A stretch of 64,000 nucleotides of DNA from an uncultured Eubacterium sp. (GTDB taxonomy: Bacteria > Bacillota > Clostridia > Peptostreptococcales > Anaerovoracaceae). The notes below the pieces were generated by a model. That model did not search any database, had not been told where the DNA came from, and saw only the letters and a program-made list of their open reading frames with translations. Location of the stretch: assembly GCA_902495595.1 (NCBI GenBank), contig CABUXV010000006.1:21566-85565 (forward strand), read 5' to 3'. Below, in pieces: positions 10,069 to 21,974 of the stretch. A program made the translations under genes and the position numbers. The first letter of the stretch is position 1; each line of letters begins with the position of its first letter.

Positions 10069-10186
10069 TTTTCCCCTGGATATGTTTCCGCACAATAAAC
10101 AGGAATAAAAAATCCGGGAGCAAGAACCGTTGTCCAAGTAGTCCCAACTCCCGGAAATCCCTTGTTTCCTACACTATTTCAGTTCC

Positions 10187-11353
10187 TTATTTTTCAGTCC
10201 GTGACAACAACACGACGCACTCGACGTGCTTTGTCCCCGGAAAATTATCAAATGCCTTAACGGATTTCACTTCGTATCCGTAATACTGCATATAATAAAG
10301 ATTATCTGCAAGGCTCTTAGGATTGCACGATATATACACAATCTGTTTTACTCCGTATCCTATTATCTTATCGAGAGCGTTGACAGAAATACCTACTCTC
10401 GGAGGGTCCACCACTATTACCTCCGGTTTTTCGTCCTCGGGCAGTGCGTCTAAAACTTCAAAAACATCTCCCGCAATAAAACGGCAGTTATCAAGTCCGT
10501 TAAGCGCTGCATTTGATTTTGCCGCTTCAACCGCTTCTTCCACAAGCTCGATGCCTATAACTTCCCTCGCCTTTTGCGCCAGCACCTGGGTTATGGTTCC
10601 CGTGCCGCAGTACAGGTCAAATGCAACCTTGTTTTCAAAATCATCTATAAGCCCTATAGCATAAGAATAAAGTTTTTCTACGGCATCAACATTTGTCTGA
10701 AAGAATGAAAATGCGCTCACCTTGAATTTCAGCCCCATTATTTCTTCGTTGTAATAATCTCTTCCCCACAGGACCTTAAGCTCATCACAGTAAACAGCAT
10801 CGGCGAGTCTGTCGTTTACAGTTCTAAGCACACCCACAACTTTGTTTTCAAGGGGCAGAGATAGAATCATCTGCGAAAAACCATCTTCATCAAATCCGTC
10901 TTCGGAACTTGTAACCACGTTTACGAGAAGTTCGCCTGTTCTTACGCCTCTTCTTACTATCAAGTGTCTCATAAGACCCTTATGGGATTTTTTATGATAG
11001 TGGGAATAACCTCGTGACGAGGCAAATTCAAGAACGCCTCTCAGGATTTTATTAAAATCATCGTGAACAAGCTGGCATTAATCGACGGTTATTATGGACA
11101 TAAAATGTCTTTTCTTGTGCATGCCCAGAGTCATAGGTCCGTCTTTTTCCATATCGCCGAAAGTGTATTCCATCTTATTTCTGTAGCAGTATCTGTCTGG
11201 CGCCGGCTGTATATCAAAAAGCTCTCCGTATTTTATATCCTTTTTATCGAGAAGCCCCTTTACCTCGCCGTACTTATTTGAAAGCTGCTCTTCATAAGGC
11301 ACGCCTTGATATACACATCCGCCGCAGATTTTACTGTCTTTACATATCTCCAT
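10187..11353 (-). pseudogene. TrmA-family 23S rRNA (uracil-5)-methyltransferase (RlmC/RumB-like, no TRAM domain), interrupted by a single in-frame TAA at 11078-11080.
   Basis: The N-terminal ORF gives MEICKDSKICGGCVYQGVPYEEQLS... with an Fe-S Cys cluster. The same frame continues after the TAA as CQLVHDDFNKILRGVLEFASSRGYSHYHKKSHKGLMRHLIVRRG...DLYCGTGTITQVLA (SAM motif I) ...ISCNPKSLADNL. There is no frameshift. Confidence 0.6.
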
Positions 11354-11356
11354 ATT

Positions 11357-12993
<1,637 letters not shown>

Positions 12994-14043
12994 CTATTCA
13001 ATAAACATAGCATCGCCATAGCTGAAAAATCGATATTTTTTCTCTATGGCTTCCTGATATACCGAAAGTATTTTTTCTCTGTCATAAAGAGCGGAAATAA
13101 GCATGAGAAGCGTTGACTTGGGCAGATGAAAATTTGTTATCAGACTGTCCACAATCTTAAATTCATAACCCGGATATATAAAAATACCCGTATTTCCGTT
13201 TCCGCTATTTACCTGCATGCACCCCTTTTCCCGGTCAAAATACGCCGCGCTTTCCACGGTTCTCGTAGAAGTTGTGCCTACAGAAACAATTCTTCTGCCC
13301 TCCTGCTTTGCCTTATTTATAATGTGAGCGCTATCTTTGCTTACATGATATTCCTCAAAATGCATGGAATGCTCTTCTATATTATCGCATTTCACAGGAC
13401 GAAAAGTACCTATTCCCACGTGAAGCGTAACATAAGCCAGCTCCACGCCTTTATTCTTTGCCTTTTCCAAAATCTCATCTGTAAAATGAAGACCTGCCGT
13501 AGGCGCCGCCACGGACCCCTCTTTCTCACAGTAAACGGTCTGATATCTATTCTTATCATCCGCTTCACTGCTTCTTTCTATATAGGGAGGAAGAGGCATG
13601 CTGCCGATTTCCTCAAGACGTTCCATAAAAATCCCATCGTATGTAAATTCAACGATTCTCGTTCCGTCTTCACCATAGTCCATTATTTTAGCTTTTAAAA
13701 GAGGCTTTTCCGAGAAGACAACCCTATCTCCCGGCTTTAGTCTTTTCCCCGGCTTTACCATGGTTTCCCATGAGTCTCCCTCTATTCGCTTTATGAGCAA
13801 GAATTCAACTTTTGCCCCCGTATTTTCCTTTATACCATGAAGTCTTGCCGGCAAAACCTTTGAATTGTTAAGTACCAGGCAGTCTCCCTCCTTTAGATAA
13901 TCCAAGATATCATAAAAATGTCTGTGCTCCGTTTCACCGCTGTTTCGGTGAACGACCAAAAGCCTTGACTCATCCCGTTTCTCCGCCGGTTTTTGAGCAA
14001 TAAGCTCTTCCGGCAGATTATAATCAAAATCTTCTATTCTCAT
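12994..14043 (-). CDS. queA: S-adenosylmethionine:tRNA ribosyltransferase-isomerase.
   Basis: 349 aa, [31 protein letters not shown]... Confidence 0.95.
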   Translation of the reverse strand: MRIEDFDYNLPEELIAQKPAEKRDESRLLVVHRNSGETEHRHFYDILDYLKEGDCLVLNNSKVLPARLHGIKENTGAKVEFLLIKRIEGDSWETMVKPGKRLKPGDRVVFSEKPLLKAKIMDYGEDGTRIVEFTYDGIFMERLEEIGSMPLPPYIERSSEADDKNRYQTVYCEKEGSVAAPTAGLHFTDEILEKAKNKGVELAYVTLHVGIGTFRPVKCDNIEEHSMHFEEYHVSKDSAHIINKAKQEGRRIVSVGTTSTRTVESAAYFDREKGCMQVNSGNGNTGIFIYPGYEFKIVDSLITNFHLPKSTLLMLISALYDREKILSVYQEAIEKKYRFFSYGDAMFIE

Positions 14044-15080
14044 CCTTGCTCCTCAATATCAATTTCCGTCTGACTGCCGTCTTCAAAATCAATGCCTAAA
14101 TGTCTGTATGCCTGTTCAGACACTACTCTGCCCTTCTGCGTTCTGTGAAGAAAACCCACCTGTATCAGATACGGCTCATAGACATCTTCTATTGTCACCC
14201 TTTCTTCGCCTATGGATGCAGCTATGGTATCTATGCCTACAGGGCCTCCCTTAAATCTTTCAATTATGGTTTTCAAAATTTCCCTGTCAAGACTCTCAAG
14301 TCCCATATCATCTACACCTAAAGCTTTCAGCGCTTCCTGCGTTATGTCTATATCAATGAAACCATTTCCTTTTACCTGTGAAAAATCCCTTACCCTCTTA
14401 AGCATCCTGTTTGCAACCCTTGGGGTTCCTCTGGACCTCTTTGCCATCTCTGTAAGTGAATTGTCATCGACTTTAACCCCCAGTATATCCGCAGACCTTG
14501 AAATTATCTTTTTAAGCTCCTCTGTAGTATACATTTCAAATTTACAGCTGACTCCAAATCTGTCCCTCAGCGGAGCCGAAAGGCTTCCTGCTCTCGTTGT
14601 AGCACCTATCAATGTGAATTTTGCAATATCAAGTCTTATGGACCGGGCAGACGGTCCCTTTCCAATTATTATATCAAGAGCAAAATCTTCCATAGCCGAA
14701 TACAGAACTTCTTCAACCGACCTGTTCAGTCTGTGTATCTCATCTATGAACAATACATCATTTTCGTTTAAATTAGTAAGTATTGCAGCCAAATCTCCCG
14801 CCCTTTCTATGGCAGGTCCCGATGTTATTCTTATATCTACTTCCATCTCATTGGCAATTATTCCGGCAAGTGTAGTCTTTCCAAGCCCGGGAGGACCATA
14901 AAACAAGACATGATCCAGAGGCTCATTTCTGAGTTTTGCCGCTTCTATAAAAATCTTTAAATTGTCCGAAGCTTTTTTCTGCCCTATGTAATCTTCGAGC
15001 TTCTGCGGTCTTAAGGTAAGTTCACTTCTTTCTTCTCCATGCCCCAGTTCCGCAGCCGTTATTCTTTCTTCATAATCCAT
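14040..15080 (-). CDS. ruvB: Holliday junction helicase RuvB.
   Basis: [14 protein letters not shown]...; an ATGA overlap with queA. Confidence 0.95.
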   Translation of the reverse strand: MDYEERITAAELGHGEERSELTLRPQKLEDYIGQKKASDNLKIFIEAAKLRNEPLDHVLFYGPPGLGKTTLAGIIANEMEVDIRITSGPAIERAGDLAAILTNLNENDVLFIDEIHRLNRSVEEVLYSAMEDFALDIIIGKGPSARSIRLDIAKFTLIGATTRAGSLSAPLRDRFGVSCKFEMYTTEELKKIISRSADILGVKVDDNSLTEMAKRSRGTPRVANRMLKRVRDFSQVKGNGFIDIDITQEALKALGVDDMGLESLDREILKTIIERFKGGPVGIDTIAASIGEERVTIEDVYEPYLIQVGFLHRTQKGRVVSEQAYRHLGIDFEDGSQTEIDIEEQG

Positions 15081-15128
15081 AAATCTATCCTTTTATCATC
15101 CGTGTGATTTTACAATGCGTCTAAACAA

Positions 15129-15728
15129 TTAAATCAGGTTCTTAAGCGCTGCCTTAATATAATCTTCTGCCGAAAGCTCCGTATCTTTTACATGAGCTAA
15201 AGCGCTTGCCGCCTCTCCTCTTGTATATCCCAAAGCTATGAGCGCTTCTATAGCTTCCGTTTTTCCATTTTGTGATGATACTCCCGGTGAAATCTCTCCC
15301 GCAAAATCATTTCCTGAGACTTCAGGAGCATTAAATTTGTCTTTGAGTTCAAGCACAATTCTCTCTGCAGTCTTCTTGCCTATACCATTTGCCTTTGTAA
15401 GCGCCTTCGAGTCTTCAAAGGCGATGGTTTCCTGAAGCTGTTCAAGCGTAAAAGCCGATAAAATCGAAAGACCTGCCTTTGCTCCGACTCCGTTTACGGT
15501 AATCAGTTTCTTAAAGGCATCAAGTTCACCTTTTCTTGAAAATCCATAGAGGCTCACATCATCATCTCTTACCATCATTGACGTGTATACTTTAACCTGC
15601 TCACCCTCGCTGCAAAGATAAGCGCCGGAATTTGCCGGAACAAATATTTCATATCCTATTCCGCCCACATCAACTATAATATATCCATTTCCTTTTTCAG
15701 AAAGAATACCCTTTACAAAACCTATCAT
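15129..15728 (-). CDS. ruvA: Holliday junction DNA helicase RuvA.
   Basis: 199 aa, MIGFVKGIL...[14 protein letters not shown]. Confidence 0.9.
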   Translation of the reverse strand: MIGFVKGILSEKGNGYIIVDVGGIGYEIFVPANSGAYLCSEGEQVKVYTSMMVRDDDVSLYGFSRKGELDAFKKLITVNGVGAKAGLSILSAFTLEQLQETIAFEDSKALTKANGIGKKTAERIVLELKDKFNAPEVSGNDFAGEISPGVSSQNGKTEAIEALIALGYTRGEAASALAHVKDTELSAEDYIKAALKNLI

Positions 15729-16228
15729 TTTATATTAAACTCCTTTAATCTTTTCTTCGTATCTGCCGAATGTCCGTGACATATGGCAGCAGCCAGCGCA
15801 TCAGCCGTATCGTCAGGTTTAGGTATTTGTCTTAAATTTAATATTGTCTTAACCATCATCTGTACCTGTTTTTTTTCAGCTCTTCCATACCCCACAAGCG
15901 CCTGTTTTATCTGCAAAGGCGTGTATTCTTCTATTTCAAGACCTCCTTTTACGCAGGCAAGTACAGCCACACCCCTGGCCTGTCCCACTAAAATAGCAGT
16001 TTTAGCATTCGTATTAAAAAATAATTCTTCTATGGACGCCACGTCAGGTCTATGTTCTTCAATTATCTCCCTTAGAGAGTCATAAAGATATTCCAGCCTT
16101 TCATTCATAGGCATTTTGGCGTCTGTAGTTACAGCGCCGTAATCGCACACTCTGAATTTATTTCCTGTTTTCTCCACTATACCGTAGCCTAATATGGCAT
16201 ATCCCGGGTCGATTCCTAGTATTTTCAT
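15725..16228 (-). CDS. ruvC: Crossover junction endodeoxyribonuclease RuvC.
   Basis: [18 protein letters not shown]... Confidence 0.9.
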   Translation of the reverse strand: MKILGIDPGYAILGYGIVEKTGNKFRVCDYGAVTTDAKMPMNERLEYLYDSLREIIEEHRPDVASIEELFFNTNAKTAILVGQARGVAVLACVKGGLEIEEYTPLQIKQALVGYGRAEKKQVQMMVKTILNLRQIPKPDDTADALAAAICHGHSADTKKRLKEFNIK

Positions 16229-16380
16229 TAGTCAATCTCTTTCTGTCATATACTTTTTGACTTAATCCATTTGAGATTAAGCATAACAATCCAATATAAG
16301 TATAGCATATATCACAGCCTTTCGTTAAACAAAAAAATCTTTTCTTTCATCTCAAATACTGTTAAAAATTTATATAAGAC

Positions 16381-16410
16381 TTGAGTATTTTTTTCATTTT
16401 ATGGTATAAT
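16381..16410 (+). promoter_or_regulatory. Candidate sigma-A promoter for argR: TTGAGT, 18 nt, then TATAAT.
   Basis: Hexamers at 16381-16386 and 16405-16410. Confidence 0.4.
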
Positions 16411-16452
16411 TATAAATATATTTATAAAAAAATATAACGTTACAAAAGCTTT

Positions 16453-16481
16453 TATATTGCAGCCCGGCTTGCTGCAATATA
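16453..16481 (+). promoter_or_regulatory. Perfect 11-bp inverted repeat TATATTGCAGC-ccggctt-GCTGCAATATA in the argR leader, directly abutting the RBS.
   Basis: Arms at 16453-16463 and 16471-16481; the GGAGG RBS is at 16489-16493. Confidence 0.45.
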
Positions 16482-16500
16482 TATTTGCGGAGGAATTAAT

Positions 16501-16953
16501 ATGCGGATTTCAAGACAAAATAAAATACTCGAACTCATTGAAACTTACGAGATTGAGACTCAGGATAAATTAGCATCAATGCTGCGTGATTTTGGATACG
16601 AAGTGACTCAGGCTACGATTTCCAGAGACATAAAAGAGCTGCAGCTCATCAAGACATTATCTTCTACAGGAAAGTATAAATATGCGGCGGCATCAAGCAG
16701 CGACGCCCCCATATCCGGAAGACTTTCAAATATCTACAGGGAAACGGTCAAGTCCACTTCATACTCGGGCAACATAGTGCTTCTCAAAACGCTTTCGGGA
16801 TGCGCCAGCGCAGCGGCGGAAGCGCTGGACTCTTTCGGTATTCCTCATATTATCGGTTCGGTTGCCGGTGATAATACCATCATGTTTGTTGTGGATGAAC
16901 CGGAGAACTCACCGGAAGTAGTTGCTTTTCTGAATAATATGTTAAAAAAATAA
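16501..16953 (+). CDS. argR: Arginine repressor.
   Basis: 150 aa, MRISRQNKILELIETYEIETQDKLASMLRDFGYEVTQATISRDIKEL. Confidence 0.9.
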   Translation: MRISRQNKILELIETYEIETQDKLASMLRDFGYEVTQATISRDIKELQLIKTLSSTGKYKYAAASSSDAPISGRLSNIYRETVKSTSYSGNIVLLKTLSGCASAAAEALDSFGIPHIIGSVAGDNTIMFVVDEPENSPEVVAFLNNMLKK

Positions 16954-16989
16954 AATACAGTAACAATCAGTTATCAGAGGTATCACATC

Positions 16990-18609
16990 ATGATAAGACA
17001 TATAAGCATAAGAAACTTTGCAACCATAGAAAACGCAGATATAGATTTTCACAATGGATTAAATATAATAACCGGCGAAACAGGCGCCGGAAAATCAGTT
17101 GCAGTAGAAGCAGTAAGCCTGGCTCTGGGAAGCCGGGCAGATACTGCTTTTATTCGGTTTGGAAAAGAAAAAGCCGTAATTCAGATGATAGCAGATCACA
17201 AAGGCTGCGAATACATAATAACAAGAGAAATATCATCTGCCGGAAAAAACATATGTAAAGTCAACGATGAAATCGTAACCCTCGCCCATCTCAGCACTCT
17301 CTGCAAGAAACTTGCTGACATTCACGGACAATATGACCATCAGTCTCTTCTCAATCCCGATTACCATATACATTTGGTCGACATGTACCGTAAAGATAAA
17401 ATCACTCCGGCAAAGGAACACGTAAATGAATTATATGAAAAATATTCAGAATCAAAATCAAAACTCAAAGCCCTTCTGACCCAAGCCGCACAAGATAAGA
17501 GAGCACAGGACTTTATGCAGTTTGAGTTTGACGAGCTTTCCGAAGCAAACATGAAAATAGGTGAAGATGATGAACTAGAAGAAAAAATTGCTCTTCTTCA
17601 AAACAGTGAAAAAATATATGAAAATTTAGCCGGCGCATACCAGGCAGCCTCTGAAGACGAATATTCCATACTTTCCGCAATAAGAAGAGTAACGGATATG
17701 GTTTCCGAAACTTCAGCCTATTCTCAGGAACTCGAAGAGCTTAGCCAGAGGTTAAACGAGCTTTATTACGAATTTGAAGATATATCCGCCTCTATAAGAG
17801 AAAGCCGTGACGACGCCGTATTTTCACCGGAAGAGCTCGATTATGCCATATCAAGAATAGAAACAATAAATAAATTAAAAAACAAACACGGAAAAACCAT
17901 AGAAGAACTGTTGGAATATCAAAAAGAACTTGATGAAAAACTTTCAAATATGGAAAATGCAGATTACCTCACTAAACAGCTCCAGCAGGAAATGTCATCA
18001 TATAAATCCCAGCTTGAAGAAGCATGCGGCAAACTTTCCCAAATAAGAAAAGAAGCTGCCTCTCAGCTTGAAAAAAGCATAACAGATGAACTCATGCAGC
18101 TTAATTTCAACGACGCTGAATTTTCAATAGAATTTAAAAGAAGCGAAACCTTTACTTCAAACGGATATGATACAGTTGAATTTATAATAAGCACTAATAA
18201 AGGAGAACCCCTGAAACCTCTTAGTAAAATTGCTTCCGGCGGTGAAATGTCCAGGATAATGCTCGCATTCAAAAAAATAATCGGAGACTATGATGAAATA
18301 CCTACTATGATATTTGATGAAATAGACAGCGGAATAAGCGGTATCACCGCCAGCATCGTAGGCAGCAAACTCAGAGAAATAGCAAAGACTCACCAGATAA
18401 TATGTATCACACACCTCCCTCAAATAGCTGCTTTTGGTACTCATAATTATAAAATACAAAAAGACTCCGACGAAGATATGACGTATACTACAATCATTCC
18501 TCTTAATACAGAAGAAAAAATCAAAGAAATTGCCAGACTTCTCGGAGGCACAAATATAACAGAAACAACCTTAAAATCAGCAGAAGAACTCATATCATCA
18601 TCTGTCTGA
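16990..18609 (+). CDS. recN: DNA repair protein RecN.
   Basis: 539 aa. N-terminal Walker A is GETGAGKS and the C-terminal signature is ...ASGGEMSRIMLAF...DEIDSGISG. Confidence 0.9.
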   Translation: MIRHISIRNFATIENADIDFHNGLNIITGETGAGKSVAVEAVSLALGSRADTAFIRFGKEKAVIQMIADHKGCEYIITREISSAGKNICKVNDEIVTLAHLSTLCKKLADIHGQYDHQSLLNPDYHIHLVDMYRKDKITPAKEHVNELYEKYSESKSKLKALLTQAAQDKRAQDFMQFEFDELSEANMKIGEDDELEEKIALLQNSEKIYENLAGAYQAASEDEYSILSAIRRVTDMVSETSAYSQELEELSQRLNELYYEFEDISASIRESRDDAVFSPEELDYAISRIETINKLKNKHGKTIEELLEYQKELDEKLSNMENADYLTKQLQQEMSSYKSQLEEACGKLSQIRKEAASQLEKSITDELMQLNFNDAEFSIEFKRSETFTSNGYDTVEFIISTNKGEPLKPLSKIASGGEMSRIMLAFKKIIGDYDEIPTMIFDEIDSGISGITASIVGSKLREIAKTHQIICITHLPQIAAFGTHNYKIQKDSDEDMTYTTIIPLNTEEKIKEIARLLGGTNITETTLKSAEELISSSV

Positions 18610-18882
18610 CCGAAGAAAGGATGATAAAATATCCAAATCTCCTATTTATAATATATATTTGGATAAAAACCTACGGATATTGCCTGCAAAAAAAACATCA
18701 ATAACCAATACATGTATATATAAGAAGATTATGGATAAAAATATGATGGCAATTTACATATATTGACATAAAAATAACCAAAACAACTTTTAACTCGAGA
18801 TTTTGGATAATCAGCACCGGCAGAACCCGGCTAAAGAGGTGTTTTTTATCCAAAACATATGAATATAAAGCGCTTTTGGATA

Positions 18883-18900
18883 AACCCAGTTTCCTGGGTT
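18883..18900 (-). terminator. Hairpin AACCCAG-tttc-CTGGGTT downstream of the minus-strand gene that ends at 18926.
   Basis: Perfect 7-bp stem; the trailing U-tract on the minus strand is weak. Confidence 0.35.
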
Positions 18901-18925
18901 AAAAATGAAAAATCATCCGCTATTA

Positions 18926-19924
18926 TCATCCTTTTACAGCTTTTATAATGTCTTCCACTGTCTTTTCTGCATGATGTTCATCAGATTTTACTCTGCAATC
19001 AGCATATTTCTCATACATAGGAACTCTTATATTGTAAAGGTCATCTATAGTTTGTCCTTTTTTCATCGCTACTCCTCTTGTGGTAATATTCCTTAAACGT
19101 TTTTTGATAGTTCTTAAGGAAACCTCTATATAAACAATCTTTCCGGATTTCTTTAAATGTTCCATGGCTTCAGGATAATAAACTGCGCTGCCTCCTGTGG
19201 CAATTACTGTATTTTTTACATCTATTTTTTTTAGAATATCTTCTTCTGTTTTTTTAAAAACATCAATTCCGTCTTGATTTATTATTTTCTGCAAACTTTT
19301 TCCGGCTTTTTGCTGTATCAACAAATCCGTATCTATAAAACTCATATTGAGACTTTTGGCAAGAATAACTCCCGTGACGCTTTTGCCGCAGGAAGGCATT
19401 CCGATAAGAACTATATTAGAATCAATCCCTGAATCTTCAATATCTTTTCCATTGATATCAATTTTTTCTTCTTCATCAATAAGTCTTTTAACTTCATCAA
19501 TCTGATTTTCAGAAAACACCTTAATACCCGCATTTTTTAAAAGCTCCGCGGAAAGACCTTCCCCGCTAATCAATTTTCCTGAGAACGTTCCATCATATAT
19601 TTTGCTGTTTCCGCAGGAGGGGCTTTTTTCTTTAAGTACAGCGCATAAAACCTTTCCTTCCTCAGCAAGCCGTACTGCTTCCTTTGCCCCTTTCAGATAT
19701 TCTGCCGTAACATCTCTTCCGTCTCTTGTTACTATTTTATCTCCCTTTCTCTGCGCATCCGTGCGAGGAACAGGAAGACCTCCGAACACTTCAGGACATA
19801 CAGGTATCAATCTTCCTTCTTTTTTCCATTTTAAAAACTCCGGATTTCGTTCTTCTTTTGATTTTCCATCATATCTTACAGGTTCTCCTCCGTAAAGGCA
19901 CTGACTTACAAGAATTTTTCTCAT
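18926..19924 (-). CDS. Fusion protein with an N-terminal DUF523 (TudS-like) domain and a C-terminal shikimate kinase-like P-loop kinase.
   Basis: N-terminus is MRKILVSQCLYGGEPVRYDG...IPVCPEVFGGLPVPR...KSPSCGN (a three-Cys 4Fe-4S pattern). C-terminus is NIVLIGMPSCGKSVTGVILAKSLNMSFIDTDLLIQQKAG (AroK-like). Confidence 0.7.
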   Translation of the reverse strand: MRKILVSQCLYGGEPVRYDGKSKEERNPEFLKWKKEGRLIPVCPEVFGGLPVPRTDAQRKGDKIVTRDGRDVTAEYLKGAKEAVRLAEEGKVLCAVLKEKSPSCGNSKIYDGTFSGKLISGEGLSAELLKNAGIKVFSENQIDEVKRLIDEEEKIDINGKDIEDSGIDSNIVLIGMPSCGKSVTGVILAKSLNMSFIDTDLLIQQKAGKSLQKIINQDGIDVFKKTEEDILKKIDVKNTVIATGGSAVYYPEAMEHLKKSGKIVYIEVSLRTIKKRLRNITTRGVAMKKGQTIDDLYNIRVPMYEKYADCRVKSDEHHAEKTVEDIIKAVKG

Positions 19925-19997
19925 TCATCTTTCTCCACATTTATTATAATGAAAAAAGAAGCAGCTTTCGAGCTGCTTCTGCAATTATCCAGGTAAA

Positions 19998-21974
19998 CTA
20001 TTCTTCAGCTGCATCCTCTGCTTCTTCAGTTTCTGCAGGTGCTGCGCTTTCTTCCTCAACAGGAGGTTCAACCGTCTCCCTTATGCTGAGACTAATTCTT
20101 TTGCGTTCCTTATCAATTTCAAGAATCTTCGCCGTTACTACCTGACCAATTTCAAGTTCTTCTCCGATGTTGCCAACCCTCTTATGCGCAACCTCTGAAA
20201 TATGTACAAGACCGTCAAGACCGGGCTCCAGCTCAACAAAAGCACCGTATTCTTTAATCTGAACAACTTTGCCTTCAATAACCTGTCCAATCTGATAATT
20301 ATCATCAATAACGCTCCATGGTTCAGGCTGATTCTGCTTCAATCCCAATGAAATCTTTCCTTTTTCAGCATTCATGGAAAGAACTTTTACATTGATTTTC
20401 TGACCAATCTCGAGAACTTCCTGAGGATGCTTTAATTTACCCCATGAAATTTCCGAAATATGGAGAAGACCGTCAATGCCTCCGATATCTACGAAAGCGC
20501 CGTAATCCGTAAATCTCATTACAGTACCTTCCACAACATCGTCTACATTTAAGTTTTCCCAAATTTCAGCTACCAGCTTATCCTTTTCCTCATTGAGGAA
20601 AAGTTTATGCGAGAATACCGCTCTGTTTCTTCTCTGGTCAACTCTGGAAACTCTTACTTCCATAGTCTGTCCAACAAATTCCTCTGCATTTTCGACATAA
20701 TGGTCCGAAAGCTGCGAAAGAGGAATAAAACCCGAAACTTCCTTATATTCAGCAATAACTCCACCATTTACCGGTCTAGTTACTTTAACTTCAAGAACTG
20801 TTTTATCTTCAAGCGCTTTAACTATTTCATCCCAGTTAGCGCTGATTTCTAACTTTTTCTTTGAAAGTAAAATTCCACCGTCTCCATCATCCGTTTTGAT
20901 AACTTTTGCCTGGATTTCATCGTCAACTTTGAAGGTATCCGCTAAAGTTTTACCGTCTTCCAGACTAACTTCTGAGATAGGCAGAATACCGTCTTTCTTG
21001 CATCCTAAATTTACAATAACTTCTTTGTCTGTAACCTGGTGCACTTTTCCTGTGACAATTTCGCCACCTCTTGGTAATCTTAAAGACTTTTCAATCTCGT
21101 CCATAAGATCGTTCATGTTTAATTCGTTGTTTTCAAGTGTTACTTCACTCATTCTGGCAATAACCTCCTTAATAGTGCATTCGGGAGTCGAGGCACCCGC
21201 TGCTATTCCTATTCTATTACATTTTTGAATTTCTTTCAACGGTAAATCATTAATATTTTCAACAAAATGGCTATTTAGGCAATTTTTTTTAGAAATTTCG
21301 TACAATTTCTTAGTATTGGAACTATGCCTGCCTCCGATTACTATCATCAAGTCCGATTTTTTTGCCAGTTCTTCACATGATTTTTGTCGCTTTGATGTCG
21401 CGCTGCATATTGTATTGCTTACGGAAAAACGCTTATTTTTTTCCCTGAATGCTTTTAAAACATCCTCAAGCATATCTTCTCTTATCGTGGTCTGGGTAAC
21501 GACAAAAAGATTGTCTTCTTCTACATCAAGAGCCTCATCGTAGGAACTTACTATTATCGCAGGTTTTCTGCACCACCCTGATATTCCCAGAACTTCCGGA
21601 TGGTCTTTATCCCCGACTATTACCACGTTATCGTCAGTATCATAAACGAGCTTATGTATCTTCGCCACAAACGGACAAGTAGCATCCACAAGCTCAATAT
21701 TTTTTTCCTCGGCTTCATCATAGAAATTTTTTCCCTCGCCGTGAGACCTGATTATAACCATGCTGCAGTCTTCGGAAGCTTCTATTTCATCAAGGGAATT
21801 TATCGCTTTAATCCCCTTTTTCTCAAGGTCTTTCGTAACTCTTTTATTATGTATAAGCGACCCCATTGAATAAATACTTTTTTTGCTGTTTTCCGCTGCG
21901 ACTTCCGCCTTTTCTATCGCCTGTTTTACGCCAAAGCAAAATCCTGCGTTCTCAGCTCTTTTTATTTCTTTCAT
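19998..21974 (-). CDS. ispH: Bifunctional IspH (HMBPP reductase) / ribosomal protein S1.
   Basis: N-terminal LytB/IspH domain (FCFGVKQAIEKAE...) followed by four S1 repeats. This fusion is known in Clostridia. Confidence 0.9.
   Translation of the reverse strand: MKEIKRAENAGFCFGVKQAIEKAEVAAENSKKSIYSMGSLIHNKRVTKDLEKKGIKAINSLDEIEASEDCSMVIIRSHGEGKNFYDEAEEKNIELVDATCPFVAKIHKLVYDTDDNVVIVGDKDHPEVLGISGWCRKPAIIVSSYDEALDVEEDNLFVVTQTTIREDMLEDVLKAFREKNKRFSVSNTICSATSKRQKSCEELAKKSDLMIVIGGRHSSNTKKLYEISKKNCLNSHFVENINDLPLKEIQKCNRIGIAAGASTPECTIKEVIARMSEVTLENNELNMNDLMDEIEKSLRLPRGGEIVTGKVHQVTDKEVIVNLGCKKDGILPISEVSLEDGKTLADTFKVDDEIQAKVIKTDDGDGGILLSKKKLEISANWDEIVKALEDKTVLEVKVTRPVNGGVIAEYKEVSGFIPLSQLSDHYVENAEEFVGQTMEVRVSRVDQRRNRAVFSHKLFLNEEKDKLVAEIWENLNVDDVVEGTVMRFTDYGAFVDIGGIDGLLHISEISWGKLKHPQEVLEIGQKINVKVLSMNAEKGKISLGLKQNQPEPWSVIDDNYQIGQVIEGKVVQIKEYGAFVELEPGLDGLVHISEVAHKRVGNIGEELEIGQVVTAKILEIDKERKRISLSIRETVEPPVEEESAAPAETEEAEDAAEE

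Noticed and set aside
13126-14901. Long plus-strand ORFs (190 aa and 229 aa) overlapping queA and ruvB.
   Set aside because: They are antisense shadow ORFs inside well-supported minus-strand genes. Their composition is low-complexity Ser/Leu-rich, and they have no RBS.
16229-16500. tRNA or other RNA gene in the ruvC-argR intergenic region.
   Set aside because: No cloverleaf or T-loop consensus (GTTCRANYC) is present. The region is AT-rich promoter and leader sequence.
18926-19924. Calling the C-terminal kinase domain cytidylate kinase, since cmk is commonly adjacent to ispH-rpsA.
   Set aside because: The FIDTD...G..I..IF motif pattern matches shikimate kinase (AroK) rather than the Cmk signature.
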